The notes: generated from the letters alone by a model not told the origin. A DNA stretch of 64,000 nt from Vicugna vicugna (GCA_013265495.1 MU058714.1:1304001-1368000); one strand, 5' to 3'; positions 39,690 through 53,399 are shown, counted from the stretch's first letter. Numbers and translations are program-made.

Positions 39690-40200
39690 AGGCTCAAGTC
39701 CTCTCCCCTTCTTCACGGCGGGCGGGCTGGGAGAGCGCCTGCATCTGGCCTCGGTTTCCTCGCCGGAAATGTAGCGCTCGCCAGGCCTCGCAGCAAATCA
39801 AGCGGGGCCCACAGAGGGCCCGGTACACAGCAGGAGCTCAAACAGCGAGGAGCCCCTGCGGCTTGCAGCCCTGCCCGCTCCCTCCTCCGGACGGCCCGCA
39901 GGCCCCGCCGCCGCCCCTGCAGGTGGGGCGGCCTCCGCTCGCCGGGCGCGGCGGGCCCGTGCGGGAAGCGGCAGGCGTGCGTGCGGCGCGGGGCCGCAGC
40001 CGCCGGCCAGCAAGAGGCCCGCTGTCTGGGTGCCCGGCCCGGGCCACGTGTCCAGACGGCACCGGCCGGCGGGCTGCCCGGGCGCGGCCTCCGCCCTCCG
40101 CGCAGGGCGGGCGCTGGGACTGGCCGCGGTGGCGCCTGCGGGGTCACAGCGCGCCGCCTCTGGTCATGGTCTCACCTTGGCCCAGCCCCGGGTGGTGACT
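39690..40200. promoter_or_regulatory. Orphan CpG island
   Basis: very high GC and CpG density over ~500 bp with no associated coding exon. Confidence 0.7.
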
Positions 40201-41475
40201 CACCTGTGCTCTGCAGCCCTGGAGGTGGAGGCAGCCAAGACCTGAGAGGGGAGCAGGGGGCGAGGCTCACGCCGGCGAGAAGCCCCTGGTCCCACTCCCC
40301 AACTCCAGCCCTGGGGGAAGGCAGTCACAGGACGCAGCTGCAGGGTGCCGCACCCGCCCTTCCTGGGGACCCCCAGCCCCCATCTTGAAAGGGTTCTTTT
40401 GTGCGATGAGCTCCCCCCGGGGGCTGAGTCACAAGATCATCCCGACTTCCCAGCTGACAGGGACTGAAGTCACTGCCTTGGAGGCTCTGGGGGCGGAGGG
40501 GCCAGATCTTCCTAACGTCACGCCCCCCACCCACAGGGGAGAGCGAGTCCCCTCTGCCATCTGCAGCACCCGCTACCTGACCCGTGAGGCCCGTTAAAGG
40601 AGAGTGTGGCCCCGCTCAAAAGTCTGGGCAAAGTCCATGAGGTGTGAGAAAGCGGACGCCTCCTCCCTTTCTTCCATGGCCTCTCCACTTGTCACGGTGT
40701 TTTTATTTGCTATTTAATGTCATTCTATGTAAAAAAAATTAAATTATTAGCACGCATTTTACGTTCATCTTGATAATGTTCGATGCCCATCGGAGTCGTA
40801 GGCGGAACCTCTGAGATCACGCAGCCTGTGTTTTGTGGCTGGTGTGCCTCTTGGAGCTCGCTGTCACGTGGGGAGTACAGATGTGCCACGAAACTAACCC
40901 AGCTGTTTCCACGCCTGCTCTGCCCAAGTTCCCATCCAGCAAACTGATGGGAGACGTACCGGAAGAGGGGCTGTGCCCCCCCCACTTTCCTTCCACATCA
41001 TTTCCAACATGAGTGGTTGGCCAATAGGGACGTAGCACCAGAAAGAAAGAACGAGATGGGCTCTTGGTCGCTGGTCACACCCCTCCCCTTCCCAAAAGGC
41101 CTGGGAACGAGGCCCACCTCACCTGCCCGCCTCCTGCCAGACTCCGGGCGCCTACTCTGTTCTCCAGCCTCCAGAACCGCCCACCTTAAATAAACCAGGC
41201 CTTTCCTGGCTTCTGCCCCGCAGGCCCTTCCTCCCTACCCATCTTGAAGCTTCACGGGCTCCTCCTCCTGGCAGCCTCGCTGGCCCCTCTCCGCCCCACA
41301 GCTGGGTTACACATGCCCTGCCCCTGTGCCTCAGAGCCCCCTGGATTTGCATGTGGTCTCTTGTAGCTGGGGCTGATGCAAGGTCTCGTGTACCGCTGTG
41401 GCCTTGGCACCTAGTGCCAGTCCTGGAACCCTGTCCATGTTCTACACAGGAAAGTGGGTTGCTGGAGGGGGTATT

Positions 41476-41700
41476 AGATAGATAAAGGATGGGTGAGCAG
41501 GTGAATGGACACATGGATGGGCGGGTGGGGAGATGAGCAGGTGAGTGAATGAGTAAGTGGATGATGGGTAGATGGGTGGGCCGGTGGATTGAAGGGGAGA
41601 GTTGGTGGATTGGTGGATGGGTGACAGGTGAAAAGATGTACATACGGATGGATGGATGGACGGGTGGGTGGATGGATAGATGGACAGATAAGTGGGTGGG
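41476..41700 (+). repeat. Degenerate (GGAT/GGGT)n simple repeat
   Basis: ggatggatggatggacgggtgggtggatggatagatgg. Confidence 0.9.
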
Positions 41701-44700
41701 CTGGTGGGCATGACCTGGCCTACAGTCCTCTCCAAGTGGAACCCCAGGTCCCAGCCCTCTTGGTTTCATCTTGGCAGGCCTTACATGAGCCAAATGCTTT
41801 CAGTCTGTGTTTTGGAGACAAACCAGCGCTGTTCTCTCCAGCAAACAAGACAAGGTTGGGACCTCACACTTGAAAGAGGTGGCTGGAAAGTGGGGCTGGG
41901 AAACAGGGCCTGCTGGGGAGTGGAAGCAGGGAGAGCATTACCCATCGCTGGGCAGACACAGCAGGCCAGGACCCCTGGTCAGCCACACCAGGTCCCTTCT
42001 ACCTGTCCCTTCACCTGGTGACTCAGTCAGGGGTCAACGTCCAGAGCCAGGGAGACTCTGCTGGCCAAGATCTGGGCCATACACTGTCCAGGGAGGTTGT
42101 GCCCAGTGTCTAGGGGGCAGAGACCACACAGCTGTGGGGGTTCTCCCTCAGCAAGAGTCACACACGGGCCCTGCTGGTCTCGGGGCAGAGCCCACTGCTC
42201 AGGCATGGGGTCTGCTGGGAGGCCGTCTGCCCTGTGTGGCCACAGGATGCCACGTCTGATCTCCTCACCTTGGGGCGTCCTGGTGGTCAGGGCAGGACCC
42301 ACCCTCTTCCTGAAGAGCCCCCCACAGTCCCTGGGTTGAGGATCTTGACACACTCACTTGTTTGATCACCAATCGAGTAGTCATCACGCCGTGGGCCCTG
42401 AGTGCCAGGCGGCCATGCCGTGGGGACGAGCCCTGGGCACGAGTGGAGATGGCAGAGGATGGCATCCAGTCTGTTGGCAGTAATCTCAGCTAGCACCCCG
42501 AGTACGTGGCAGAACCACACAGACCCCGCAGGCAGTGCAGAGGAAGAGCCCACAGTCCCAGGTCCCCTGAATCCTCTTCGGGAGGGGTGGGAGTGGCACC
42601 CGGCAGAGGTGGGTGGGGGCAGGCAGGAGCCATGTGCACTTGGAATGTCTGCTGACAGTTTTCTGATGTGCTCTGTGCTGCTTTACAAGAGACTGAAAGC
42701 TCGTCGATTATACACAAAAGGTTCTCACAATTTCAGGGGGCGGCTGCTAAAAACCTCCGGCTGCTGCCTCCGCAGAGGAGCCCAGGGGAGAGGCTCCGTC
42801 ACCCCCTGTCCCCAGGTGTGCGACACCAGGGGAGAACTCAGGCTGAGCAACAAAAGCCAACTGAACGCGTAAAGGACACAGTTAACCCAGCTGTCCCTCC
42901 CTCCCCAGCCTCCTAGCCCTTCCCCTCCCGAGGGCCCTTGGCACGCATGCAGGTGGGAGGAGGATGTGGCCTGGCGGCCCCTCCACCAGGAAATTCAAAC
43001 TGCCCCTAGACCACCCCCTTCCAGGAAACACGCTGCTTGGGACCCCCGGGCCTGTCAGAGGCAACCTGAGGCTCAGACACTGTAGGTCCCAGTCCCGGGA
43101 AGGAGCCGAGGGCAGGGCTGCCCTGGGGAGGACACCCCGGCCTTGGTCTGGACGCTCGGACCAGGCCCAGCCGCAGCCCCGCGGAGGGCGGGGGGCCGAG
43201 CGGGGCTTGTGAACAAAGACCAGGTAAGGACATCAATCAGCCGCGGGATCGCATTTCCTGCTCTGAAAGGTCCTGTAAAACACGGGAGAAAATTGACCTG
43301 TCAGGGGGATAGATGGCCAGTGATGGTGGCTGCAGCCGGGGCCAGGCTCCCCTCCACCTGCGGGGTCCCACCTGTGACGGCTGCCCCCACCCTCCCTGGG
43401 GGGGGGTACCCGCGGCCTGGGCAGCCCCAGAGCAGAGGCCAGGCTGGGGGGATGGAGTGCATCCACCAGGCTGCCTGGGTGGGGGGTCCGGCTCCTCACC
43501 GCCCACCCCACATACACCCCCTGACAGACGAGGCCCAGCTGCCTGAGCCGTCAGGCTATAAAACGGATGGAGACCAGAGATGGTGTCAGCAGACAGCTAG
43601 AGCACCTTTTAAAAAATGTAATCTCTTTTTATTTCGCCTCCCCCAGCCCCCTCCTCCCTCCACAGCGTAACCTCGCGGTCACCCCTCTCCCTTCCTGCGG
43701 CGCGGGCTGGCAGTGACCTTGCTGCCTGGACCTTGGCGCGGGGCGGCTGGAGGCCTCAAGGACGCCCTCTTCACCTTGGGGAGCTCTGTGCTGGGAAGAG
43801 CCGGCACGTGGGGGTGGGGGGAGCAGAGCCCCCTTGGCAGGCTCTGGCCTGTGGCCAGGCTCCAAGAACCCCACCACCTGCAAGGCCCACAGCCCTCGGC
43901 TGATGTGGGACCTGGGCCCCTGTGGCTGCCAGCTCAAGAGAAAGGGCTGGAGGGAGGCCATCTGCGTCTGCTTCTGGGGACCGCGTGGGGTCCCTCCTCC
44001 CACGGCCCCACCCCGCAGAACTGTCTCAGCACCACTTCTACAGCTCCTGGGGACTCCAGCGCTCGCCACCCCTGGGCCACTCATGTGGCCTGAGGGCCAC
44101 CAGCTTGAGTTGTGTGCGGGGCGGCTAGCTGTTCTTTGAGGGGGAAAGCCGGGAGAAGTTAGGGAGGGGCCTTGCCCTGGGTCACCCTGAAGACTCCCGC
44201 AGGATGGGGGAGAGGACAGCAGGAGAACCACACAGGACAAGGGACCGAAAAAGGTGCAAACGTCCCCATCCTCGATGAGCAGAGGGTCCGAGTGGGCAGA
44301 GGCCTGCGAGGTTCTCTGGAAGGTGCCTGGGTGTGGGGGCAGGGCTGGGGGCACAGAGACCTGAAGGTTGGGGAGCAGGGCAGGGCGCAGGGGACGGGCA
44401 CACCTGAGCCAAGTGGCCGCACAGACCGACAGTCAGGGGCCAGGCCTCCCGTGGGGACTGTCACCAAGGGAGCAGACCTCTGGCCAGTTCTTCCCTCTGT
44501 CCTCGCAGAGGACAGACTGCGCTGGAGGATGCGCTTCAGGGGCAGCGTGGGAAAGGGAGGCAGAGGTGAGGAGACACCTGGGACAGAGAGACGGGAGGAC
44601 GAGGGCCAGGCAGAGCAGAGGGCAGAGGGGGCTGCCTCTCTGGGTTTTTGTCTGTATTGTGCCAGTCCTGGGGGGAGCTGTCTTGTGCCCTAGGGCCACC

Positions 44701-46329
44701 CCACCCCCACTGCTCAGCCTGAGTCTCCATCCATCCACCTGTCCACCACTGGCTGGTTTTATATTCTCTGGCCAGCGACCTGGCCCAGTGACCCTGGACA
44801 CTGCCCAGAGACACTCTGCCTGATGGCCCCTCGGGCCCCAGCCCCAGTCGCTCCTCCCCCTCTTCCTCGTCTCCATCTGAAATCCGCCGTGTTCAGTGCT
44901 GGGTCCCGGGCGGCCCAGGCCCAGGCTTATGTAGGACAGGCCTCGGCTCCCCAGGGGCGGCAGACGAGGAAAAGCAGGTTACAGCCAGTGAGCCTCAGGG
45001 CCTTCATGTTCTTAGGAAGGTCAGGAACCACGGGCGGGCCTGGTCGGGCACTGTTGGGCCTCCAGGACCCGCGCCCATCCGGGGAGCTGAAAGGCGGTGG
45101 CTGATTGAGGAATTTCCGGCATCATGTAGGGTCCTGGGTCCGGGCCCTGGGCCTGCGAAGGCTGCGTGGAGAGCATAAGGGGTACCCCTGCTAGGCCCCA
45201 GCGTTGGCGGTGCGGTTGCTTTTAATACATTTTATTTTTCCATTTCTTCAAAAAAGTACATTTCCTAACTCTAATGAGACAAAGAGAAAAGTCACGGAGC
45301 AGGGGGTTAGGTGCCCACATCTGGACTGGCATCTGTGGGGCCACCCACTGAGGGGGGTCACGGAGCAGTGAATCATCTGGAATAAAATTTCGGGCAGCAG
45401 TGCATAGGCGGCCTTGGGTCTGGGGACCCCCAGGTCCAGAAGGGTCCATCGCCCCCTGATTGGTCCTGTTCCATGGACGCAGCCCAGGGTCCCTCTTCAG
45501 TATCTCTTAGGGCTGAGAGCTGGAGCCCCCTCCCCTGGACTCTACCGCCAGGGGTCCCCCCCACTGCCCCCTGCCTGCTCACACCTGACCCTGGGCCCCA
45601 GAGGAGCCGGACAGGCCCGCAGATCCCTCTTCCTAAACACACCTCTCTCTCCCACAAAATAATTTAATGCAACTTAATGGCTTGAAGTTGATGTAGAAAT
45701 TACAGGCACGTGGGGGTGGGGTGGGCTGGGAACCCCCACCACCGGTAAGAAACCCTTTTGAAAATATAATTGAGTTAATGGAGCCGTAACTGTGTGTCAT
45801 TTTGGGGGGTAATTGGCCTGCTTTTTGTCACTCTGTCCATTTACATGCTCCTGTTTTCTTTTAGCTATTGATTTTTTCTTTATAAAGTGGGCCACTTTAC
45901 TGCAATTTTTAAAGCCCCAGCGATGAATAAAAACCTCATCTTCCCACTCATTAAGACACAGGAATTAACTGAGCTCAGGGCCTCACCAGTCAATCTGGGG
46001 AAGAATCCTGGGCTGCTGTGTTTTGGTTGAGGCCCAGGGGCTGCCTACTAGTGGCAGGGGTTCAAAGCCCCAAGAGGGCCTTGAGTCCGTTTCCGGAAGG
46101 CGGGTCCTGGACAAGGGGCCCTTTTGGAGGGGTTCCGGAAGAAGCTGAGGACTGAAGGAGTCTCCTGAGCTGTGATCTCGAGATGCCCCTCCCCTCCAGG
46201 TCTTCCTGCCCTGCGGAAGGGGCCTCGGACCCCTCCCTCGCCCTGCACCTGCCCCCTTATGGCTGCAATTCAAAGGCCCCACCCACCTGCCTGACTGCGG
46301 ACCAAGGTCACATGTGCTGATCAAGGTCG

Positions 46330-47900
46330 CACATCCTTTAGAATATATTTTTTGATTATAAAACCCATACACACACAAAATAAATGAATCCAGTCGCACA
46401 AAGGGATGCAAAGCAAGAGCGGAGCATCTCCCGGAGCCCCTGTCTCCAGAGGCGACGTCTGTGAACGGCTCCTCGCCACCTGCAACTTTGTCGTTTGCTT
46501 GATCTTGCTCACCTCCTCGGACACGCTGGCGCTTGCAGACCCACCGGTCACCTTCCATGGCCTCGTAGCACTCCGTTGCTTGTCTGTATCACGGTGTGTC
46601 CCGGTTTGAGGGGGCTCGGGATCTCCAGACATGGGATTGTCAAGGCTAACGGCAGGACAGCCCTGGGGACCCCGGGGCCATTGGTCAGGATGGTCGGCTT
46701 CCGTGAATTCCGCCGACCGCGACTGTTCGACATTTAGGTTGTTGTGACTTTCTCAACTCAACAAATGTTGCTGCAAAGGACATCTCTGGTCACACATCTT
46801 AGTGCCCTTACGCGCGTGTGTCCGGAAGATAAACCTCCCAGAAGAGAAACTGCCGGGTGAAAGGCGTGCATATTGCAAATGCCGATTGCTGTTGCCAAAC
46901 TGCTCCGCCAAAGTGTGCCAGCCTACACCCCCACCAAGTGTGAGAGCTTCCGCCTCCCCGCGTCCTTGGCAAAACCGGAGATGGTCAAGTCATTTTGGCC
47001 TCTGTCATCTGAGAGGTGACCAATAGTGGCTTTTTATTTTAATCAGCTTTAAGGTATGACTTAGATACAATAAAAGTGCCCATTTTTAGCATACAGTTGG
47101 GTAAGTTTTGACAAATGGGTACAGTTGTGTAACCAGCATCACGGTTGAGATGCAGAACATTCTAAGTAGCTCGGGGAAGTTCCTTCAGGCCCTCGGTCAG
47201 TCCCCTTCTCCTGCCTGATCTCAGTCCCCGGCCACCGCGAACTGCTTTCTGCCTCTGCAGAATACTTTCACCGTTTCTAGAATTTCACATAAATGGACCG
47301 TGCAGAACAAACATGCTCAGCAAACGGCTTTGAGACTCATCCAGGCCACTGTCATGTGTGTCCTCCTCACGGCCACGTGGTGTCCACAGCCCGGGTGCCC
47401 CATCCACACCATTCCCCTGTGCTTGGACTCCCGGGCCGGGCCAGCTTGGGGTTCTTAATGAACAAGGCTGTATGTGAGCTTGTGTCTCATCTCCTGGGCA
47501 AACACCTGCGGGTGGAATGGCCGGGTCACAGAGCAGGTGGAAGACAACGACCTTTCCCAAATCTGCTGCCTGCGTCCCCCCCGGGGCCGTCCTGTTTTCC
47601 GTTCCCTCCTGGAGTGAGAGGCCCAGCTCCTCCGCATCCTCGCAGCTTCTGATCCCGATGCCCGCGTCAGGCAGTCACCCAGGGGGGTGCGGCGGCATCT
47701 CCTTGCGCCTGTAACTTGCATTTGCCTGGTCAGTCCGCTGTCTTTGACATTTGTTAATTACGATGTTGTTATTGTGGAGAAATTTCAAACATTTTGTGTA
47801 ATGGATTTCCCTTTCTGTTTGTGGTTTGGGGGTTTCATCACAGTTTCCTTTTATACCCCAGTCGTGATGGCTTCAGTGCCCAGAAATTGTCCCCTCAAGC
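46330..47900 (-). mobile_element. Old antisense L1M remnants (at least two pieces)
   Basis: tttaaggtatgacttagatacaataaaagtgcccatttttagcatacagtt; tctagaatttcacataaatgga; gacatttaggttgttgtgactt. Confidence 0.65.
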
Positions 47901-48755
47901 TGACCCCACTTGTTTTTAGAGGTTTTCAAAGTGATGGAACCCACACCGGGGCTCGCAAAAGCCCCATCTCCCTCCTCTCCGGCCGCGTGGCCAGTCTCCA
48001 GGGGCGTACTGGAAAGCGGTGTGGAGACCCTCATCCCTGCCGCCCGGGGCCGCCACCACCCGGGCCAAGGGTCCTGCCTGGCCGCCGCCAGGGCTGCAGC
48101 CCTCAGGGCCTCAGAGCAGCCGCTGGCTGGGCAGCTCTTGCTATCCTTTCCCTCCTCTGACCACAGGGCTCAGCCCCAGGCTGACGGGCCCAGAAGCGAG
48201 AAAGTAAGCTGCACGCACCCACAGGATCGACCCAGCGTGGGCGCCTGGGGCCCAGAGAGACGGAGCTGGATGTGGGGAGGGGCCCGGCGGGACATGCAGT
48301 GAGGTCCAGAGGGCGTCAGCCCGGACCAGTGTTCCAAAATGACCGTTCCACTGGGCATGAGGAGCCCCAACTCCATCCCCCACTTCCCAGCACACAGCTG
48401 CCTCTCCTAGCACCCCTTGCGGCTCCGTGCCTAGTTATGAACAAAGGATGATGAGCAGGAGAGGCTGGAACGGGGACAATGAGGGACGCAACCCCGCACC
48501 ACCCTCCCGCCACCTGGACCCCTGGGTGAGACAGAGCCCACCTCAGGCTGCAGCCCGAGCGCTGTCTGGGCTACGCCCTTGGGCCCGTCAGCAGTCTGGG
48601 CTCCGAGGGCCTGCCCCTCCTCCCTGCAGGGGCCCGGCTCCCAGGCTCCCAAAGGAGGAGCCCTCCCCTTCACTCCCACGAGTCTCTTTGCTTCTCTGAG
48701 CCTTTCCCTCAAGCTCGGGTCAGCGGCTCCTGACACAGTTTCCAGAGCCACTCGC

Positions 48756-49150
48756 TGCAGTGGGTTGAGTGGTGTGTCCACCCAGAGCCTCAGAAGGTGA
48801 CCTTACTTGGAGTAAGGGCCTTTGCAGATGTGATTAAGATAAGGGTCCCAAGAGGAGGGCACCCCACCCTAAAACAGTGTCGGGCGAACTTACAGGAAGA
48901 GGACAGGACACATGTCCTGCAGGGAGAGGCCAAGTGGAGATGGAGCCAGGGACTGGAGAGATGTGGCCACAAGCCAAGGGTGGCTGGAGCCCCAGGACCA
49001 GGGAGCGAGGCCAGGCAGGGACTCCTCTTGGGGACCCCAGAGGGAACCAGCCCTGCTGACACCTGGACTTTGGACTCCAGCCTCCAGACTGGGACAGAAT
49101 AAGTGTCCGAGTTTGCGGTCCTTTGTTCGACGCTAGCACAGTCGCCCAGG
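48756..49150 (+). mobile_element. MLT1 (ERVL-MaLR) solo LTR
   Basis: cagaaggtgaccttacttggagtaagggcctttgcagatgtgattaag ... ccagccctgctgacacctggactttggactccagcctccagact. Confidence 0.85.
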
Positions 49151-49324
49151 GCCTCTCTCCACATCCCCCAAAGCAGGTCCCCAGGTAAGAGCCCATGGTC
49201 CCTGAGAGGTGACCCTGGACACAGACCTGAGACTGGGAGGCGGGGAAGCTGGATGCCGGCATGCTACCAGGTGTGGGCCCAGAGGGCCTCCACTCACCAG
49301 CCCTGAGCCTCAGAAATATTCCCC

Positions 49325-49668
49325 ACCTTAGAAAGCTAAAAACTAAAAATGATGCAAATCTCATTTACAAACCAAAATTAGACTCACGGATGTAGAAGGC
49401 AAACTATGATTACCAAAGGGGAAAGGGCAGGGGAGGGATAAACTAGGATCAGGGATTAACAGACACAATCACTATATATAAAACAGATAAATAACAAGGA
49501 CCTACTACGTAGAAAAGGGAACTATATTCAATTTCTTGTAGCAACACATAATGGAAAGGAATATGAAAAAATGTGTACGTATATATATACAACAGAATCA
49601 CTCTGCTGCACGCCTGAAACTGACACTGTAAATCAACTGCACTTCGATAAAAAACAAAACGAAACAAA
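49325..49668 (+). mobile_element. L1 3'UTR fragment with A-rich tail, related to the 36.4-37.35 kb copy
   Basis: aligns by eye to 37050-37345 (ttaccaaaggggaaa; tatataaaacagataaa; aactatattcaat). Confidence 0.85.
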
Positions 49669-52060
49669 GAAATGTCCCTGTGATACCCATGGTTGGGGAC
49701 AACAGCGGCACCTGTGTGCAGGGTGTCCAGAGACGTGCACTCAGAAGGATACACGTGGCCGGCGGAGCTCTGCCGTGGCCGCCCGTGGACGTGGGCCGAC
49801 AGGCATCAGCAGCCCCTGCATCCCCAGGAACCCAGCAACTGCTCTGAGCCCCCAGGGTGCCCCGCCCCCCAGGATGCTGGGCTGGAGCCCCCAGTGGGCA
49901 GATGAAGGTGCGCAGGGGGACCCCAGGAGAGCCAGGGCACTCGAAAGGCCTCTTGGAAATAATCTGATATTCGATGCTTCCAAAGGGCATCGAAGTGTCC
50001 ACACAGGGCCAGCTCGGACCTGTCTGGTGGGGTTGGGTAACTGACGCTCCCAGGACCTTGCCAGGACCTCTCCTGATGGCTTGTCTCCTGTGGGGCCCCC
50101 CTTCAGGAGGCCCCAATTCCTGCCTCCATTTCTGCACTTTTGTTCTCATGCAGCCTCACAACCGGGCCCCCATGAGCATCCCCCCCCACTACTCACTTCT
50201 CTCACATATCAGGTGTGTCTCAATTTTCCCAGCCCTGGGCTTCTCATTTTGCACAAATACAGATGCTTCCCAGGTGGAGCCATTTCAACCCTAGGGGTCC
50301 CCAGCCCGGTTCTGGAAGGTCTTTCCTGGCCGCCTCCTTCTGGGGTCCTGCCTTCCCCAGCTTAAGGAAGTGCCCTTGCATCCAGCCACTGGTTCTCCCA
50401 CCTGAGCAAGTGTCTGACCACTGGCCCCACCTGAATTTCTAACTAGCGTCCAGGAGCTGCTGGTCCAGGCACGGCCCTGAGAACCACATATGCCTGTGGG
50501 TGCAGCCCTGCTCATGACCCCTCTTCACCTCTGCTGGAGGAGAGGGTCTCCTCTGGGCACAAGGGAGGTGCTCCACCCAAAGTAAGCCCACTGGCCACTG
50601 GTCCAAAGTCCCAGGGCTGAGGGACTTGGCTCCCAGAGAGCCCCCCACCCCACAGCTGAGGCTGGTTCCACCTGTAAAGGGGCTTCACCACCGCTCCTGC
50701 TTCCTCATCCCACATCGGGAAGTGTGGGATTGCCCGGAGACACCCAGGGTGCGTGCACACCCACAGACAGCGTGACAAACACGCAGTGATACCCTCTCTG
50801 GTCCAGGCCTGGGAGATGCAGAGTGAGCCTCAGGTGGGAGTGAGCACTCGCATGGGGTCAGGTGGCACCAGGTTCTGGACACCCTGGGATGCCTAACACG
50901 GCTGAAGGCCAGAGGGAGGGCGGCGGACCAGCGTCAGCCCTGAGCCACTGGGAGGGGGTCGCTGCCACCCAGGATCACAGGGGCCTGGGGACTCTCCCAG
51001 GCTGGGAGGGAGAGCACCACCCTCAGCCCCTCCTGCTTCCTGGCTGCGGGTCGAGGGCTGGGTCCCCTGAGCTCAGAAGGTTTTCTCTGCACACATTTCC
51101 CACCCCAACTCTGTGAGCCCTGGGGTCACATTGGGCAGCAGGGCCTTTTTGAGGCTGCAGCCCAGGGGTAGGTCTGCCTCTGCCCTTGGGGATCCGGCAG
51201 CTTGTTCAGCCCCTCTCCCCTCCGCAGTCCTGGGCCAGGATTGGCCCAGAGACCTGGCGGTGTCACTCTGAGAGACAAGCATGGGATCAGAGGCCCAGAG
51301 AGCAGCGTGCCAGTGCCCGGAGCGCACAGCTGCGCCCCCAGGGTGGAGCAAGGGGCTCTCAAAGGAGCGGGTGCTCGGGAGGAGGGCAGAGCTGGCTTCC
51401 CACGCTCTGTGCCCTGGCCTGGGACCCACAGGCCACTTGCCAACTCCCAGGGCGGCCAGACAGCCTCCCGAATATCGGGCACTCCTGAGGGTTCGGCCCT
51501 GGACCTGTGTTTTCATCTGTTTCGTGTCGTAGGATACCAGCCACTGGGACACAGCCACCCCCGGCCCAGCCTGGAGCCGAGGCCTAGCAGGGAGCCACAG
51601 GCCCAGGGGAGGGACAGCGCGGGCTGATGTGGGCACATGAACAGAGCCCCAGGAAAATCCCACTCGGAAAAGCTTCCCTTAAGCGCTCAGGAAGCATTAG
51701 AAACTTTGCAACCGCTGATGAGCATTATTAGAATTAAACTGGAAACCCAATAGACACCTGCGATCCTGCTGCAGAAAGCAAATCTTCCCCTTAATTCGGT
51801 TCTCCAGAGTGGGGGGCGCCTGCACCCCCATCTCAGCACAGGTCCCGGCAAAGACGCAGGCGGAGAGGGTGCAGGAGCAGCCCTGTCTGAGGGCTGGGGG
51901 TCTGGGGGCTGAGAAGTGGAGCCCCAGTGCCGGTCGCCCACCCGCCCGCCCATCTGGGGCGGCCCTGTCACCAGCCTGGCTCCGCCCCCACCCAGGGGCT
52001 GTCCCAGAATGCTTCGCCTGAAGTGTGCCCTGAGCTTCTCTAGAAGGGAGGGAGGTACCA

Positions 52061-52083
52061 NNNNNNNNNNNNNNNNNNNNNNN
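52061..52083. other. Assembly gap (23 N)
   Basis: run of n. Confidence 1.
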
Positions 52084-53399
52084 CCCGCCAAGTCCCCAAA
52101 TTCAAAAAGCTTAACACCTGAGTTTAAAATCCTCATCTGCAGACACCAGCCCTGTTACTCATCCAGGGGTGAGGGGGCAGGTCTGGGTCCCACTCTGCCC
52201 CCTGTGCTCAGACGATCCCCTTCCTGAGCCTGGCCCTGGCCCAAGGGGCCCCCTTGCAGCCCCTCACCCCTCACAGGGTGGACCCAGAGCTCTCAGCATT
52301 TCCCAAGGTAGCCGGTAGGGAGTATGGTTCCCCCCAAAGTGGGAGGGATAACCTGGCATCCAGGCTCTCTGCCCATGGCATGGTGCTAGGGGGTGGGCAA
52401 GACAGAGACCCCCAACCCAGCAGCGGGGCCGACCCAGCTTCGGCCATCCCCTCCCACCAGGAGTCCCCGGGCTTGGGTCCTGCTCCTGGGACGTGGAGTC
52501 TAGGGGTGCTGCCGGCGGGGTGAGGGCGGAGGGTGCTTAGTGGACCCGTCTGCAGGGTAGAGACAGTGATGTGCTGAGATAATGCTGAGGGGAAAGGGGG
52601 TGGCTTCCAGCCTAGAAGTCCCACCCTGGGCCCCCCAGGCCCTCTCCCTTCCTGTCCTGGGATGTCCCCCAGCAGCTGTTTTCTGGAACGACTGGAGGCT
52701 GTGGTCAGCAGGAGGCCAGCTGGGAGAGCCCTGGCGGGAGCGAGGCTGGGAGGCCCCGCCCCCTGCCTTGCGCCCACCTGGGGCCCCAGGAAGGCTGGGG
52801 TAGCCTGGCCAGCCCGGGAGCCGCAAAGGGCACAGAGAGTGCAGCGCTGGGTGAGCTGCCAGCAGGGCCGAGACAATGTGGTTTCAATCTGATTGTCCCA
52901 AAATATTGTTACAACACAAACCACGTGCCATCCACTCACCTGCAACTCATCAGCGGCAAAGCTACCGAGTAAATCGGTTCCACACCCGTGGGGCAGGGCC
53001 CGGGCCAAGGCCTCCGCCCCCGGGGCCTGCTTCCTGCTGGGTGGTGAGAACCGCCAGGACAAGTGGGGGACACCGCAGGGGCTCCTCCTCTCTCGGCGAC
53101 CCCCTACCCGACGCTGGAGGGCAGAGCTGGAAGGACCAGCCCCTTGTGCCCAGAGGGTCGGCCAGGGGACTGGGGCCACACCACAGCTAAAGGCCACTCA
53201 GCCAAGATCACCCCAGGGTCCGAGGGCCCGGGGGTCCCCAGCGTCCTCTCTCTGCCCTGACCATCCCACCCTGAGACCGGGGCCTTGGGGACTTCACCCC
53301 TCTGGGAAATCTTTGCCTGGTATCTTCGATAACAACACAACCACACCTGAAGGCACCGAGGCATTTTGGTAAACATGACTTCAGCGACTCCACCAACAC

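Noticed and set aside
41152..41793. His/Pro/Ser-repeat ORF; also the Cys-Val ORF at 63550-63861
   Set aside because: Translations of the (GGAT)n and (CA)n simple repeats.
52061..52083. ORFs spanning the N run
   Set aside because: Assembly gap; frame and true gap length are unknown.
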